Sequence record: NC_070936.1
Reading direction: 5' to 3' (one strand)
DNA length: 64,000 nt
A model generated the notes under the pieces. The model searched no databases. It was given only the letters and a program-made list of their open reading frames with translations, and had not been told where the DNA came from. Of the stretch, positions 31,801 through 41,308 are shown in pieces (positions within the stretch are counted from its first letter, which is position 1; each line of letters opens with the position of its first letter). Made by a program: the position numbers and the translations under genes.

Positions 31801-33234
31801 TCCTCAGCCCAAGCTTGTGAAGAGGTTAACCCAGTTCACCAAGTTAAGCAACAAGAGGAAGTTACTTTCGGTGGTTCATTGGGTCGTAGTGATCGTGCAA
31901 TGGTTCGTCGTACTCGTGGTCAATTACCTAACTATGAAGGGATTATCTCTGAGGCAGGTAAAGACTCCGGTAAAGTTGGTTTCATTAGTTACCTAACTTC
32001 TGATGCCAAGATCGTTGACCTTTATGGTAACATTAACGTTAAAGAGAAAACAACCAACACTGGTCGTGGCTCTGTCGTTATGAACTTACTGTACGGTACA
32101 ACGAAGGACGATACCAAACGTACTCTGTTCTCTGGTGTTCAGCAGTCTCAGGTTATGGCTGCGGATAACTACGTGATGAACCCGCTGCGTACTTCTTATG
32201 ATACCGTTCTTGCTTATCGTACTTCTGAACTTTATTCTTCTGTTGCAAAACAAAATGGTAAAGTGACTGAAGTTACTGCTTATGGCATGAAAGTTGAATA
32301 TGAAGATGGTTCCGAAGATAAGTTCCCATTAGGTTATGAGATTGGTAAAGGTGCTGGTGAATATCATAAGCACATGAAAATTACCGACTTCAAAGTTGGG
32401 GATAAGTTTGAGAAGGGAACTATTGTAGCGTGGGATGAGATGTTCTTTGCACGAGACAACATTGATCCGACTCGCGTTGTGTGGAAAGCTGGTGCGATTG
32501 CTCGTATTGCATTGATTGAAGACCAGTTCACCTTTGAGGACTCCATCGGTATCGTTAAAGGTTTTGCTGAAGCTTCGACTTCTCCATTCCTTAAACCGAA
32601 TGATTTCAAAGTAGAAGCTGTTCAATCTATCAAGATGCATGTGAAGGTTGGTGATACTGTTGAGTACGATCAGATCCTATGTGACATCGAGAACCCGGTC
32701 TCGGCTGTATTCGAAGCTGATGATAGTGGTGATTTTGATGGTCTTGATCGTGCGGGTATTAAACAGATCAAAGCTAAACAGTCTGGGGTGATCTCTAAAA
32801 TTGAAGTTGTTTATAACGGCGACATCGATGGTTGGAGTGAATCTCTTCGTTCCTTTATTAACAAGCAAAATGGGATTCGTTCTAAAGTAGCTAGTTATAA
32901 AGTGAATGCCGCTACAACTGGTAACGTTGGTGGTAACACTTCGGTTGGTAAATCTAAAGTGTATCCTGATACTGCTGTTGTTTATATTTATATCGACAAC
33001 AAGATCAAAACCACTACTGCAGATAAGTTCGTAGTTGGTAACCAGATGAAAGGCACTGTTGGGTTTATCTATGAACACCCAATCTACACTACCGACGGTC
33101 GTCCTGTAGATATTACGTTCTCTCTTAAATCACTACTGAACCGAATGGTACTTAGTCTTCGTGACAAGTTGGTAGCGAATGAAGTGAACAACGTTTATAC
33201 AGAACGCATGGTTTCGAAATACGGAAAATATTAA
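28894..33234 (+). CDS. virion RNA polymerase beta subunit, N-terminal part (phiKZ gp178-like)
   Basis: 1446 aa; ISEAGKDSGKVG, FEDSI, ADKFVVGNQMKGTVG, GRPVDITF RpoB-like motifs. Confidence 0.9.
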   Translation: MFKEPIIIDGSEAMQYNMFVKLYGTREKTNDITNPRYTPVGDIMLPRNSLIHYQQQHPGEIGPSNTAPFISNFDKRINIYFNVNYETVLGVTKIENIQLSKIIKGYEGSHFIYSRARQYQTVIGKEGELLVNDLAVGQIPVVYKRRTVFTPYQKSYNEMYTLMDSVNEFAKFGRHQFIQIEMPRVFPTFKNLQLNFEKYKKFFNEDYEVVRYDKIPLQPFQAEQSFWLLDLYGILMGYEDAKYSLFNRLSDQARQQLEIIFTYNGMCWIVNLQNLINVLSYSDKPNDEKASSLKINYFKRFYLSLISLVTPISEGIGKVKDEEEDNGDDDQDGQSTRRETADDKSSEEGVPGKGTAVGDNSGGSSLADLYASTPRSDTLQNDAVRSEGTQADTEAHDPVADASDEEDDVDQDSWGQDVPDELFERATVENVSLTVAQAASPTSTISRQLTELSRNGQLTSKEKDFYERAANSYHDIEFGGHTLAEIVDIKPEDMVLKDTSIAPDSIVITDKSALKSRTELLSDEYIKNIHQRNILEMILHVQNGGTALTDLEVERTITADSKYDVYTMKFQRVKGGQSTRRMRLPVVEEDGTFTINGVKSYMQLMRMELPIRKISPTKVALTSYYDKKVMVERSTKKVDDYARWLKSSIIERSYVDKTLQVGLGGFKPPKEEVCYYYSVLASRFKTVITPEYHFDFDTVSLVDGKRELAKLCNTNSWLIGFKGEHPILIDSTGLITVDGAEQGYIEEILGLNISKAPIPTATVNINGYHFPAIVVLSYWIGFSNVLKALKAQYRTVDPDQRPNLGADEYMVQLADERLIFNRRDELTTLVMSGLRKLNNLSNFSRSNLDDPNIWFGLVGDQRVKPSHFKEMTMLYDMFIDPITMRLLEKFKYPVVMDKLIIEAVKLMLSNESKHEIEITEQRFVGYERFAGHVYREMVKATRQARNKPNNGKVTFDLNPEAVMMNIITDSSAQACEEVNPVHQVKQQEEVTFGGSLGRSDRAMVRRTRGQLPNYEGIISEAGKDSGKVGFISYLTSDAKIVDLYGNINVKEKTTNTGRGSVVMNLLYGTTKDDTKRTLFSGVQQSQVMAADNYVMNPLRTSYDTVLAYRTSELYSSVAKQNGKVTEVTAYGMKVEYEDGSEDKFPLGYEIGKGAGEYHKHMKITDFKVGDKFEKGTIVAWDEMFFARDNIDPTRVVWKAGAIARIALIEDQFTFEDSIGIVKGFAEASTSPFLKPNDFKVEAVQSIKMHVKVGDTVEYDQILCDIENPVSAVFEADDSGDFDGLDRAGIKQIKAKQSGVISKIEVVYNGDIDGWSESLRSFINKQNGIRSKVASYKVNAATTGNVGGNTSVGKSKVYPDTAVVYIYIDNKIKTTTADKFVVGNQMKGTVGFIYEHPIYTTDGRPVDITFSLKSLLNRMVLSLRDKLVANEVNNVYTERMVSKYGKY

Positions 33235-33236
33235 AA

Positions 33237-34103
33237 ATGGCTAATAGTAACACTGATGTATTCGCAATTAAAACATTGCAATCATTGTTACGAGAGCTTT
33301 CCCTATATAAAGGCCGCATTGACGGCCTTTTTGGGCAAGGTTGTCGTGATGCATTTAAATTGATGTTGCAAACTCATACTCCTAGTTTCAACACCACTCT
33401 CTATCAAGGTAGCTATGATGCAAGTCAAGTCTTTACTCTGGTTCAGACTGGTTTGGCTGCTGTTGGTCTATATACCCGTCGTATTGATGGTATCTGGGGT
33501 AGCGGCACTATGGATGGTTTCAATGAGCTTGTTGAATTCTATCGCAAAGCCAAAGGTCTCCCAACGTACTGGTTTGCGTGGTCTGGGCATCCGAATGTCC
33601 CGGCGGCAGGTGTCGAGAATTATAAAGAATGGGTGATGCATTGGGGCAAACCTGCCGATCACACTTCCTTTATTCTCAGCTGTAATGCATTAGAAACTGG
33701 TCGTACTTTTAATCCTGCTATCCGTAACCCTAAATCTGGAGCAGTTGGCTTGATTCAATTCATGCCTAAAACTACTGCACCTGATCTGGGGACTACAGCA
33801 GATGCTCTTGCTAAAATGACTTTTGTTGAGCAACAAGAGTATGTCTTCAAATATTTTGAAAAGTACGGTTATATTAAGAAGTGCCAGCACCTTGAAGATT
33901 ACTATCTTTCTATCTTCATGCCGAAACTGGTTGGTAAGAGCCCAGATGAAGTCGTTGCTTCTCGTGGTTCTCTGACTTATTCCCAGAACGCTGGTTTCGA
34001 TGCCAATAAGAAAGGTTATTATACTGTAGGTGATATCGCATCTGCTATTAACCAGTTCTATTGGGATGGTCTGGATCCTAAGAACCGTAAAGTTATTAAT
34101 TAA
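33237..34103 (+). CDS. modular endolysin (peptidoglycan-binding repeats plus lysozyme-like/transglycosylase domain)
   Basis: Two DG.(F/W)G..(C/T) PG-binding motifs; LETGRTF..IRN..SGAVGLIQFMP catalytic region. Confidence 0.8.
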   Translation: MANSNTDVFAIKTLQSLLRELSLYKGRIDGLFGQGCRDAFKLMLQTHTPSFNTTLYQGSYDASQVFTLVQTGLAAVGLYTRRIDGIWGSGTMDGFNELVEFYRKAKGLPTYWFAWSGHPNVPAAGVENYKEWVMHWGKPADHTSFILSCNALETGRTFNPAIRNPKSGAVGLIQFMPKTTAPDLGTTADALAKMTFVEQQEYVFKYFEKYGYIKKCQHLEDYYLSIFMPKLVGKSPDEVVASRGSLTYSQNAGFDANKKGYYTVGDIASAINQFYWDGLDPKNRKVIN

Positions 34104-34130
34104 CCGTCTCAAGAGCATAAGGAAAATTAC

Positions 34131-34298
34131 ATGTCTGCTGTAGACAATATCATTACAGTTAGCAACTTGTTTGAAGTTGTTAGCAAAGTAAAAGAAAAAG
34201 TAGGTTACGAGTTCCAGGCTCCTTTGGAAGCTGATGAACAGAACGAAGTTACCTCTCGTGCTATTAAACAGAAAATCATGGAGAGCGTCTCAGAATGA
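34131..34298 (+). CDS. small hypothetical protein (55 aa, missed by the ORF track)
   Basis: AAGGA RBS, ATG at 34131, MSAVDNIITVSNLFEVV...VSE, TGA overlapping the next ATG (ATGA). Confidence 0.7.
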   Translation: MSAVDNIITVSNLFEVVSKVKEKVGYEFQAPLEADEQNEVTSRAIKQKIMESVSE

Positions 34299-35812
34299 TT
34301 ACCCAACAAACTGTCCTGATGGCTACTCCGATCGCATTACTTGCAACTGAGAAAGGCATCGATCTTCATGATAATGTTAGTGACGTTATCAAAGGTCTGA
34401 ATGAATGTACCGCCAATATCCGTGGGTTTACTGAGGACAACATCGCTGTTGAACTTCCTGAGTTTACCGAAGCTGTAAACGAACACACCATGGTTCTGGA
34501 AGAAGCGACTACCATTATTGCAGAACGCATTCGTTCAGCTCTGAACCTGATCTCTAAAACTGTTAAGCCTATTCTGAAAGATGTTGAAAACAGACTTCGT
34601 TCAGAAATCGATCCAGGTAACGTTGCAGATACTATCTTTAGTTATCTCGATGTCGAAATGGTTAACATTGAACCAAGCTTCCTGAATAGCCCGTATTACC
34701 CTAATGCGATGCCTCAGAACTTTATCGATGTTCCGACCATTCGTCTTAACCAACTTCTGCTGGGTACGTATCCATCTCTGTCTTCAGAAGAACTGGTTGA
34801 CCTGATCGCGGTAAACGTAGACGACCTGACTGGTTTCTGGTCTAACCCAGAAGAAGTAAAACGTATTTATGAAACCTTCTTTGTTGAAAAGAACTGGTGG
34901 GAACTGTTTGATGGTTCTGCTATCTCCAACGGTTCTGCTGATCTGGGTAACTACGAAAACTACGCATTTAAAGCTTTCCGTCCTCTGGTTATCGGTAGCC
35001 TGCTGCTGAACAGACTGGTTGCAATGGAAGATCCGCTTGATGGCGTTACTGGTGTTAGCCTGGAAGATTATCGTACTTCCCTGCTTGTTACCCGTGATCT
35101 GTTCAACGCCATGCTTTATAAGTTTAAGCAGGTTTGGGAAACTCGTGCAGCTGCTGGCGTAGTAATCATTAACGATGGTGTTCGCGTTGAAACTGCTGAC
35201 TGGGGTAACCTAGTAGGTAATCAAGTACTGACCGGTAAACTGCTTGTTGGTTATAACAATGCCGTACTGGAAATGTTTGCAGATAAAGAAGAGATGTCTC
35301 TTACTGAATTTGCTGCTGGTTATGCTTACGCTAAGACTCGTGACTACGCAGTTAAAGATATCATTACTGATAAAGAAACTGTAACTGCCGCTTGGCAGGA
35401 ATATTGCGGTGATATGCGTACTGCTCTGGTAGTTCGTAAAGGTAGTATCGCTAAGCGTATTTTCTGTCAGGTTCTGGAAGGTCTGTACGCTAAAGAAGAA
35501 TATAAACCATTCATCGATATTATTGATGAACATATTCATCCGACTCAGCGTATCCTGTCTCGTGTTCAACAGCATGTTGACCTGGATCTGTTCTTTGCCA
35601 ATATCCCAATGCTGGATGCCGTTATTCGTGAAGAGAACTCTCTGATGAATACCGTATTGGCAGCTAACCTGTCTGATGCTTTCGATTCTCCTATTGCTAG
35701 CGAAATCTTGACCATCAACGCATCTATGCCTGCTCACTCTCTGGTACAGCAGCGTAAACACCTGTCTCGTTCCATTGACCTGGTTATCCTTAACAGACTG
35801 ATCAAACTGTAA
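34295..35812 (+). CDS. putative inner head protein (phiKZ gp177/SPN3US gp243-like by synteny)
   Basis: 505 aa, highly biased codons, between vRNAP betaN and beta'C. Confidence 0.55.
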   Translation: MITQQTVLMATPIALLATEKGIDLHDNVSDVIKGLNECTANIRGFTEDNIAVELPEFTEAVNEHTMVLEEATTIIAERIRSALNLISKTVKPILKDVENRLRSEIDPGNVADTIFSYLDVEMVNIEPSFLNSPYYPNAMPQNFIDVPTIRLNQLLLGTYPSLSSEELVDLIAVNVDDLTGFWSNPEEVKRIYETFFVEKNWWELFDGSAISNGSADLGNYENYAFKAFRPLVIGSLLLNRLVAMEDPLDGVTGVSLEDYRTSLLVTRDLFNAMLYKFKQVWETRAAAGVVIINDGVRVETADWGNLVGNQVLTGKLLVGYNNAVLEMFADKEEMSLTEFAAGYAYAKTRDYAVKDIITDKETVTAAWQEYCGDMRTALVVRKGSIAKRIFCQVLEGLYAKEEYKPFIDIIDEHIHPTQRILSRVQQHVDLDLFFANIPMLDAVIREENSLMNTVLAANLSDAFDSPIASEILTINASMPAHSLVQQRKHLSRSIDLVILNRLIKL

Positions 35813-36549
35813 TGGAAATAGAAAAGCTGAAGAAAGATCGTGGGCGGATTGATTCCGCCCTTAAAGTCATGCCAGATGGAAGCGTGGTTGCTTTAAAGAA
35901 ACTTACAGTTTGTTTTCCTAAGCGTTTCGAACAAAGCAACTTAGCAGAAATTTCAGATACCGTCACTTGCATTTTAATGTTGGGTGTTATCGTTGGTGAC
36001 GCATACGGTTTCCTGGGTGGGATGGTTAAAGTTAATCTCCTCCCAGGAGATATCTATGAAGAAACAATTGGAAACGATCGTTACTTCATGCTTGAGTTTG
36101 AACCTGGTGATATTGTTATTGAATCGTTGACTGTTCCTATGGACTCCAACATCGGTTACTATTATTACCTTGAGTTCACCAAGTATGCTCGTATCCCATG
36201 GTATTTTGATGCTGCTGATTTACTTAGTGTTTATGATGAAGCTAAGTTCTATACTGGCAAGTCAATGGGGACAAGTAACCAAGCCATTCGCGTATTCTAC
36301 GCTTTGACTCAACGTGATCCTAAAGACTTAGGTATTCCGTTCCGTTACTCGTCAAGTCTCAAAGACCCAGCAGTGAAACCTCGCATTATCGGTATTAACA
36401 ACCCAGGGCAGTTGCTCAACTCTACCTTCAGCCGTTTGGCTTCTGGTTATATGTCTGACAACATCATCTCTGGTATTCTTAATCCTGATACTAAGGTTAC
36501 ACATCTGGAAGAAGTTATTCGTGGCCTTCCGGCTGCAGGTGGTAATTAA
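35812..36549 (+). CDS. virion RNA polymerase beta' C-terminal subunit (phiKZ gp176-like)
   Basis: QRDP and LLNSTFSRLASGY resemble the RpoC C-terminus; sits immediately before the prohead protease. Confidence 0.7.
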   Translation: MEIEKLKKDRGRIDSALKVMPDGSVVALKKLTVCFPKRFEQSNLAEISDTVTCILMLGVIVGDAYGFLGGMVKVNLLPGDIYEETIGNDRYFMLEFEPGDIVIESLTVPMDSNIGYYYYLEFTKYARIPWYFDAADLLSVYDEAKFYTGKSMGTSNQAIRVFYALTQRDPKDLGIPFRYSSSLKDPAVKPRIIGINNPGQLLNSTFSRLASGYMSDNIISGILNPDTKVTHLEEVIRGLPAAGGN

Positions 36550-36550
36550 G

Positions 36551-37399
36551 ATGGATGAAATTAGTTTAGGTAATATCGTTCTTGCTCATTCAGGTAAGAA
36601 AGGTATTCTTCGTCCTGACGCTGATGGTCTGTATGAATTAAACGCTGGGGGTTTTAATATCCCCAACCATGCTGGTATTACCTATCCAGCTAATGAATAC
36701 ATCATCTCTCAGATCGAAGAGAACAGTGACCTTAACCGTCGTGTTAAAATGGGTTACTGCAAGATGGAAGTTGAGCACCCTGAACCATTTATTTATGTCA
36801 TTGAAAATGGTGTGAAGTATCGTGCACCTATGACTGACGTTATTCAGTGGATCAACCGTTTGCGTTCTTTCGACCCAGATCGTATCTGTGGTTTGATCAG
36901 TCAAGTTATTTGGCGTCCTGAAGACAACCGTAACTTATCCAAACCTATTTGGAACCTGATCAAATGTAAACCATTCGGTCCGCGTGGTCCTGAGTTCCAA
37001 GAATCTCTGGAAACTCCTCAGCATAACACGGCTGTTAGTATCCGTACTCAGATCTCCCCATTCCGTCCTGGTGAACTCCAGAAGAACGTTGAATACTGGA
37101 CTGGTTATGATTGGGTATCTGAGCCTGGTATGGTTCATGCTAACAAACACATGACTGCTGGTTGTGAATCCTTCTTGAATGATTTTGGTATGGTTGACAA
37201 CATGAAGAAATTCAAAGTTGCCGACGTTATCGAAAAACTTGATCATGCTCTTGCTACAGCAACATCTGGTGAAGAACTGGATCGTGTTGGTGGTATGGAA
37301 GCACTTGGTCAATATCGTGACATGCTGTCAGCGATCAAGAAGAACTACCGTGCTGGTGAAACCACCACTATGGGCGTTAGCTTTACTGATATCTTCTAA
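36551..37399 (+). CDS. prohead (head maturation) serine protease (phiKZ gp175-like)
   Basis: EVEHP (catalytic His), AVSIRT (catalytic Ser), YDWVSEPG; ATG at 36551. Confidence 0.85.
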   Translation: MDEISLGNIVLAHSGKKGILRPDADGLYELNAGGFNIPNHAGITYPANEYIISQIEENSDLNRRVKMGYCKMEVEHPEPFIYVIENGVKYRAPMTDVIQWINRLRSFDPDRICGLISQVIWRPEDNRNLSKPIWNLIKCKPFGPRGPEFQESLETPQHNTAVSIRTQISPFRPGELQKNVEYWTGYDWVSEPGMVHANKHMTAGCESFLNDFGMVDNMKKFKVADVIEKLDHALATATSGEELDRVGGMEALGQYRDMLSAIKKNYRAGETTTMGVSFTDIF

Positions 37400-37403
37400 T
37401 TAG

Positions 37404-37435
37404 ATAAGTAGGGGTCCTTCGGGATCTCTACTTAT
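37404..37435 (+). terminator. intrinsic terminator
   Basis: 14-bp stem with TTCG loop, followed by TTTT. Confidence 0.75.
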
Positions 37436-37502
37436 TTTGTTATGCGTGTTTGTATTATACGTTACGTACTGAAAATAATTTAATCTGAAAAGGAAATAAT
37501 AA

Positions 37503-38102
37503 ATGTCAGAAGCTAAACCATTTAACCTGAATACCCTTCGTGTTGCTACTCAGGTTCGTGAACTCGTCCTCCAGGGCGTTACCCTGAAGAACACTCTGAA
37601 AGATATGCATGAAGTTTGGATGAGTTTGTACAGTGAAGATAAGAAATGTCTTATCGTTGAAATGCAAGCAACTAAAGTACGTGCTCAGCTGATTAACCTG
37701 TATGCCATCAAACTGATCAAATATGTTAACAGTATTGTTGGTCTGGATTTGGTTCCGCTGTCTCAACAAGTTAATCCAGCTTCTGCTGATATGCAGAATC
37801 GTGACCCAGCTACTTTCTCATGGAAGATGGATAGCATCCTGCTGAACATCTGTTCTAACAAAATCGACAACCACGAACATCTGTTCAAACTGTTGATGAT
37901 CAATCTGTTTGGTGTATCTGAACAGGTAATCGAATTCTCCCTGAATCCTACTTGGGATTCACTGCGCGATATCGTTATCAAAACCTACGATATTGATCTG
38001 GGTGATACTGAAGGAGTAGCCGGTGTTCCAGAACTGGAACTGGTTGAAGGTGCGTTGCATAACTACCTGAGTAACCCAGAACAAGGTTACAAAGCTTACT
38101 AA
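37503..38102 (+). CDS. hypothetical protein
   Basis: 199 aa, AAGGA RBS. Confidence 0.8.
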   Translation: MSEAKPFNLNTLRVATQVRELVLQGVTLKNTLKDMHEVWMSLYSEDKKCLIVEMQATKVRAQLINLYAIKLIKYVNSIVGLDLVPLSQQVNPASADMQNRDPATFSWKMDSILLNICSNKIDNHEHLFKLLMINLFGVSEQVIEFSLNPTWDSLRDIVIKTYDIDLGDTEGVAGVPELELVEGALHNYLSNPEQGYKAY

Positions 38103-38109
38103 TAAATAC

Positions 38110-38135
38110 GCTGAGGAGGGTAAAACCTCTTCAGC
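38110..38135 (+). terminator. intrinsic terminator
   Basis: GCTGAGGAGG/CCTCTTCAGC stem followed by TATTT. Confidence 0.6.
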
Positions 38136-38143
38136 TATTTAAT

Positions 38144-38166
38144 TTCAAGCAGATATTATTAACGTG
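38144..38166 (+). promoter_or_regulatory. putative early promoter, copy 2
   Basis: TTCA-agcag-ATATTAT-taac-GTG. Confidence 0.65.
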
Positions 38167-38209
38167 TTGCAGTATGTGTAATTTATCTTAACCTATCTGG
38201 AGAACTACC

Positions 38210-38596
38210 ATGTCTGAAGTTAAAGAAATCAAAACCCTGGAAGAACTGATCGATATCGTTACCCCTCGCTCTATCTTTGTCGCTATCGAAATGGAAAAGC
38301 ATCCAATCGGTGATGAAGAGAATGCAGAAGGTAAAGCAGATCACGCTGCACGCGCTATGTCAATCGTTGAACGTATTCGTAGTGCAATCGATAAGGGTGA
38401 CATTATCAATGGCGCTGTGATCCGTTTAGAAGCCGATGAGGGCAATGCTGAAATTGTTCCTCGTTATGCTTTCACCGATCCTAAACAAAGCTGGACCAAA
38501 GCTATCACTTCTGATATTGCTTTCATCTATCGTCTTGATGGCAAGATTGAATTGGTACGCGGTGGTGATGTTAAACCTTACACCTTACTGGACTAA
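38210..38596 (+). CDS. hypothetical protein (paralog of 39387..39803)
   Basis: Shares YAF.DPK..W....D.A.I.RLD.KIE.V. Confidence 0.8.
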   Translation: MSEVKEIKTLEELIDIVTPRSIFVAIEMEKHPIGDEENAEGKADHAARAMSIVERIRSAIDKGDIINGAVIRLEADEGNAEIVPRYAFTDPKQSWTKAITSDIAFIYRLDGKIELVRGGDVKPYTLLD

Positions 38597-38599
38597 TTA

Positions 38600-39136
38600 G
38601 TGATGATCGGTAACTTGATTAAAGGCATCGCCAAAACTAAACAGGGTCTCTCTGAAGAGGTTAAAATGCAAATCCAAGAATTGCTTAATGGTAAAAAGCA
38701 AGTTTACATTGAAGATCTGTGTAAACTGGTTAAACCTAAAACTATCTTCATCATGATGGCTGACTATCGTAAAGCGACTATCAGTGAAGAAGTTAAAGCA
38801 GAACTGCGAGCACGCATTGATAAGTTCATCAAACACTATCATGAAACTGTTGATAGTGAAACTGTATTTGAACATTCATATGCGGTCAGAAGTTCTGAGC
38901 CGGCTGCCGCATTCTGCGGTGACGTCAAATTAATTCCTGAAGATGGAGTTGATGCTAAGTCGGTAGGTCGTCGCATGTTCCTGTGCGATATGTCTCTGGC
39001 TTTTTATCTGGATGAAACTATCTCATTAATTCGTTCTCGTGATCTTCCAACTGGCTATCGTGTCCAATGGCATCATGGCCTGACTGAAGAACAGTTAGCG
39101 GCACAACAACAAACTGAAGAAAAGGAAGTAGAGTGA
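38600..39136 (+). CDS. hypothetical protein
   Basis: 178 aa in the early operon. Confidence 0.7.
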   Translation: MMIGNLIKGIAKTKQGLSEEVKMQIQELLNGKKQVYIEDLCKLVKPKTIFIMMADYRKATISEEVKAELRARIDKFIKHYHETVDSETVFEHSYAVRSSEPAAAFCGDVKLIPEDGVDAKSVGRRMFLCDMSLAFYLDETISLIRSRDLPTGYRVQWHHGLTEEQLAAQQQTEEKEVE

Positions 39137-39390
39137 AAAAGTTATTGATTGGATTATTGGCTGTGGTTAGTTTAAATGCGGTTGCTGGCGATAATCTCAT
39201 GAAGCCAAGCAATAAAAGTGATTACGTCACCGAAGGCCGCTTTGTAAAGACTCTGATGTCCAACCCTGCTGACTTTGTTATTACTGATACCAAAACTGGT
39301 TGTCAGTACTTACTCTCTTACGGGAGTGGGATAGCACAAACTCTACTAGGTTGTTTTGAAGAATACAAAGAGGATACCAAAAAGAAATGA
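39133..39390 (+). CDS. small exported protein (signal peptide, DTKTGCQYL motif)
   Basis: MKKLLIGLLAVVSLNAVAG signal peptide; 85 aa. Confidence 0.7.
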   Translation: MKKLLIGLLAVVSLNAVAGDNLMKPSNKSDYVTEGRFVKTLMSNPADFVITDTKTGCQYLLSYGSGIAQTLLGCFEEYKEDTKKK

Positions 39391-39803
39391 CCAATACCAA
39401 TCCCATTACAAGATTAGAAAAACTGATTGAAGTTGTTAAGCCTGAAACAGTTTCTGTTATGTTGGAAGTTAAAGAAGGTCATACTTTTGACGATTCCCTC
39501 GCTAATGGCTTAAACACTGATAAGTTGGATAAACTTCTTTGGGAGATTGAATCCCATCAGGATATGGTATCCAATATTCCTGAAATGGAGACTTACTTAG
39601 TTTATAAGTTAGGGGTTCCTTCTGAGGGTAAAGTTCCTTCTCCAGCATATGCGTTTTTGGATCCTAAATTTAATTGGGATAAAATAAGAAAAACTGACCT
39701 CGCCATCATCTTCCGTTTGGATTGGAAAATTGAAGTGGTCCACACTAAAGAAGGTTGCGGAGTCACAGTACCAAGTACTCTGGATTGGGTACATTCGGTT
39801 TAA
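39387..39803 (+). CDS. hypothetical protein (paralog of 38210..38596)
   Basis: Shares the C-terminal motif described for 38210..38596. Confidence 0.8.
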   Translation: MTNTNPITRLEKLIEVVKPETVSVMLEVKEGHTFDDSLANGLNTDKLDKLLWEIESHQDMVSNIPEMETYLVYKLGVPSEGKVPSPAYAFLDPKFNWDKIRKTDLAIIFRLDWKIEVVHTKEGCGVTVPSTLDWVHSV

Positions 39804-39829
39804 TTATAATTTTAGTGTAGCCAAAATGC

Positions 39830-39852
39830 TTCAGGTATATATTATTACCGTG
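39830..39852 (+). promoter_or_regulatory. putative early promoter, copy 3
   Basis: TTCA-ggtat-ATATTAT-tacc-GTG. Confidence 0.65.
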
Positions 39853-39912
39853 AAGCAGAAATGCTGGGAAGACGAACACGTACTTCTCTCTTATACATTT
39901 TAGGAGTTTAGA

Positions 39913-40365
39913 ATGGATCAAGTTAAATTAAGTGAACTGTCGTTATCTCGTTTTGGATTTCTTCTGGTTGATCCTGAGACTGGGGAAACTGTTAGTGATG
40001 AAGAACAGTTGAAGTTTATTGAAAGTTTCCGTAAGGCTCCATCAACTCCAACTACTCTGAATGTTACTAAGTTATCTGATATCTTAAAGTTAGCAGATTG
40101 CAAGAAAGTTTTAATCCAGGTATCTCAGGGTCCTCGGTACAAAGAAGAAATTGCTGATCGCACCGTTCATTTAATTTCTCAACTTTTTAAACTTTCTCCT
40201 GACTCCGATATTTCTATAGTTAAGTTTGATGCCACTGGAAATGGCAATATGGCTGATTACTTAACTCACACATTAGTGTTCACCGTATTTCCTGGAAATG
40301 TGAACGTTGATAAAACTCGTGGAATGCATGGCACTGAAGGTTCCACTCTGTTAGTAACTGAATAA
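39913..40365 (+). CDS. hypothetical protein
   Basis: 150 aa, AGGAG RBS. Confidence 0.75.
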   Translation: MDQVKLSELSLSRFGFLLVDPETGETVSDEEQLKFIESFRKAPSTPTTLNVTKLSDILKLADCKKVLIQVSQGPRYKEEIADRTVHLISQLFKLSPDSDISIVKFDATGNGNMADYLTHTLVFTVFPGNVNVDKTRGMHGTEGSTLLVTE

Positions 40366-40404
40366 ACTTAAACCACTCACCAAAGTAAATAGGAATTTAA
40401 TATC

Positions 40405-40842
40405 ATGGCTAAGAACAAACCTTTCGGTAAAGTAATTGAAGCACAAGTAGCTGACCTGGTTAAAGGTGCAGAAATTCATAAAGAAACTCACCACATCAAG
40501 TTCGGTGAAACTGCTCTGCCTGAAGGTGTGACCACTGAGAGTCTGCAGACTCACGTTGACTTCATCAACCGCACTGGTCTGGCTGTTGAAGCAGCTACTT
40601 TCCAGATCGCTCAAGAACAGTTCCCTGAAACTAAGCAGGAAGCTTGGGATGGTCGTCTGGAAATGTTCCCAGGTCTGACTTTCAACTCTGATGTCCGCCT
40701 GCGCGAAGTTGTCGGTGAAGAAACTCTGTATGGTACAACTCAGACCTTTATCGATCATCCGCATTCTCAGGAAATGGTTGATTGGTATTCCAGCTTCCGG
40801 GATCGTAACGTAGAACTGGCAACTAATCTGTTTAAAGATTAA
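40405..40842 (+). CDS. hypothetical protein (strong codon bias)
   Basis: 145 aa, AGGA RBS, followed by a terminator. Confidence 0.8.
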   Translation: MAKNKPFGKVIEAQVADLVKGAEIHKETHHIKFGETALPEGVTTESLQTHVDFINRTGLAVEAATFQIAQEQFPETKQEAWDGRLEMFPGLTFNSDVRLREVVGEETLYGTTQTFIDHPHSQEMVDWYSSFRDRNVELATNLFKD

Positions 40843-40854
40843 TAAGCCCTTGTT

Positions 40855-40882
40855 CCTCTCCTGGGTTAATTCCCAGGAGAGG
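40855..40882 (+). terminator. terminator-like hairpin
   Basis: 11-bp stem CCTCTCCTGGG/CCCAGGAGAGG. Confidence 0.65.
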
Positions 40883-40906
40883 TTCACTATATAAGGTTTT
40901 ATTTTT

Positions 40907-41308
40907 ATGTTGGCGATTACTGTTCCTATGGAGTTCTATTCTCAATTGTCATTAATGCAAATAACTGCAATGGACAAAATGAGAAATAAAGAAAGTCCCA
41001 GTATGCACTTTAAACGTAGTCGAGCTGAACTTAAAGGTTTGGGAATGTACATTAATCGTAACCCAAACGCAATACCAATAGAGTTCGCTTACTTTAAGGT
41101 AAATGTGCTAAGTAATAATAAAAACGGCTTAGCGTTCGTCCTATCAACTAAATGGGGTGGTAATGAACTACTTATTAACCAGGATAATAAACATCTGGTA
41201 ACTAAGTGGTTTACTGCCGCATATAAACCAACTAACATGACTGAGTGGAGAAGGTATTATGGTAACAATTGGCGACAGCCCATTCGACCTGTACATCGAG
41301 TTCTCTAA
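40907..41308 (+). CDS. hypothetical protein
   Basis: 133-aa ORF. Confidence 0.6.
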   Translation: MLAITVPMEFYSQLSLMQITAMDKMRNKESPSMHFKRSRAELKGLGMYINRNPNAIPIEFAYFKVNVLSNNKNGLAFVLSTKWGGNELLINQDNKHLVTKWFTAAYKPTNMTEWRRYYGNNWRQPIRPVHRVL

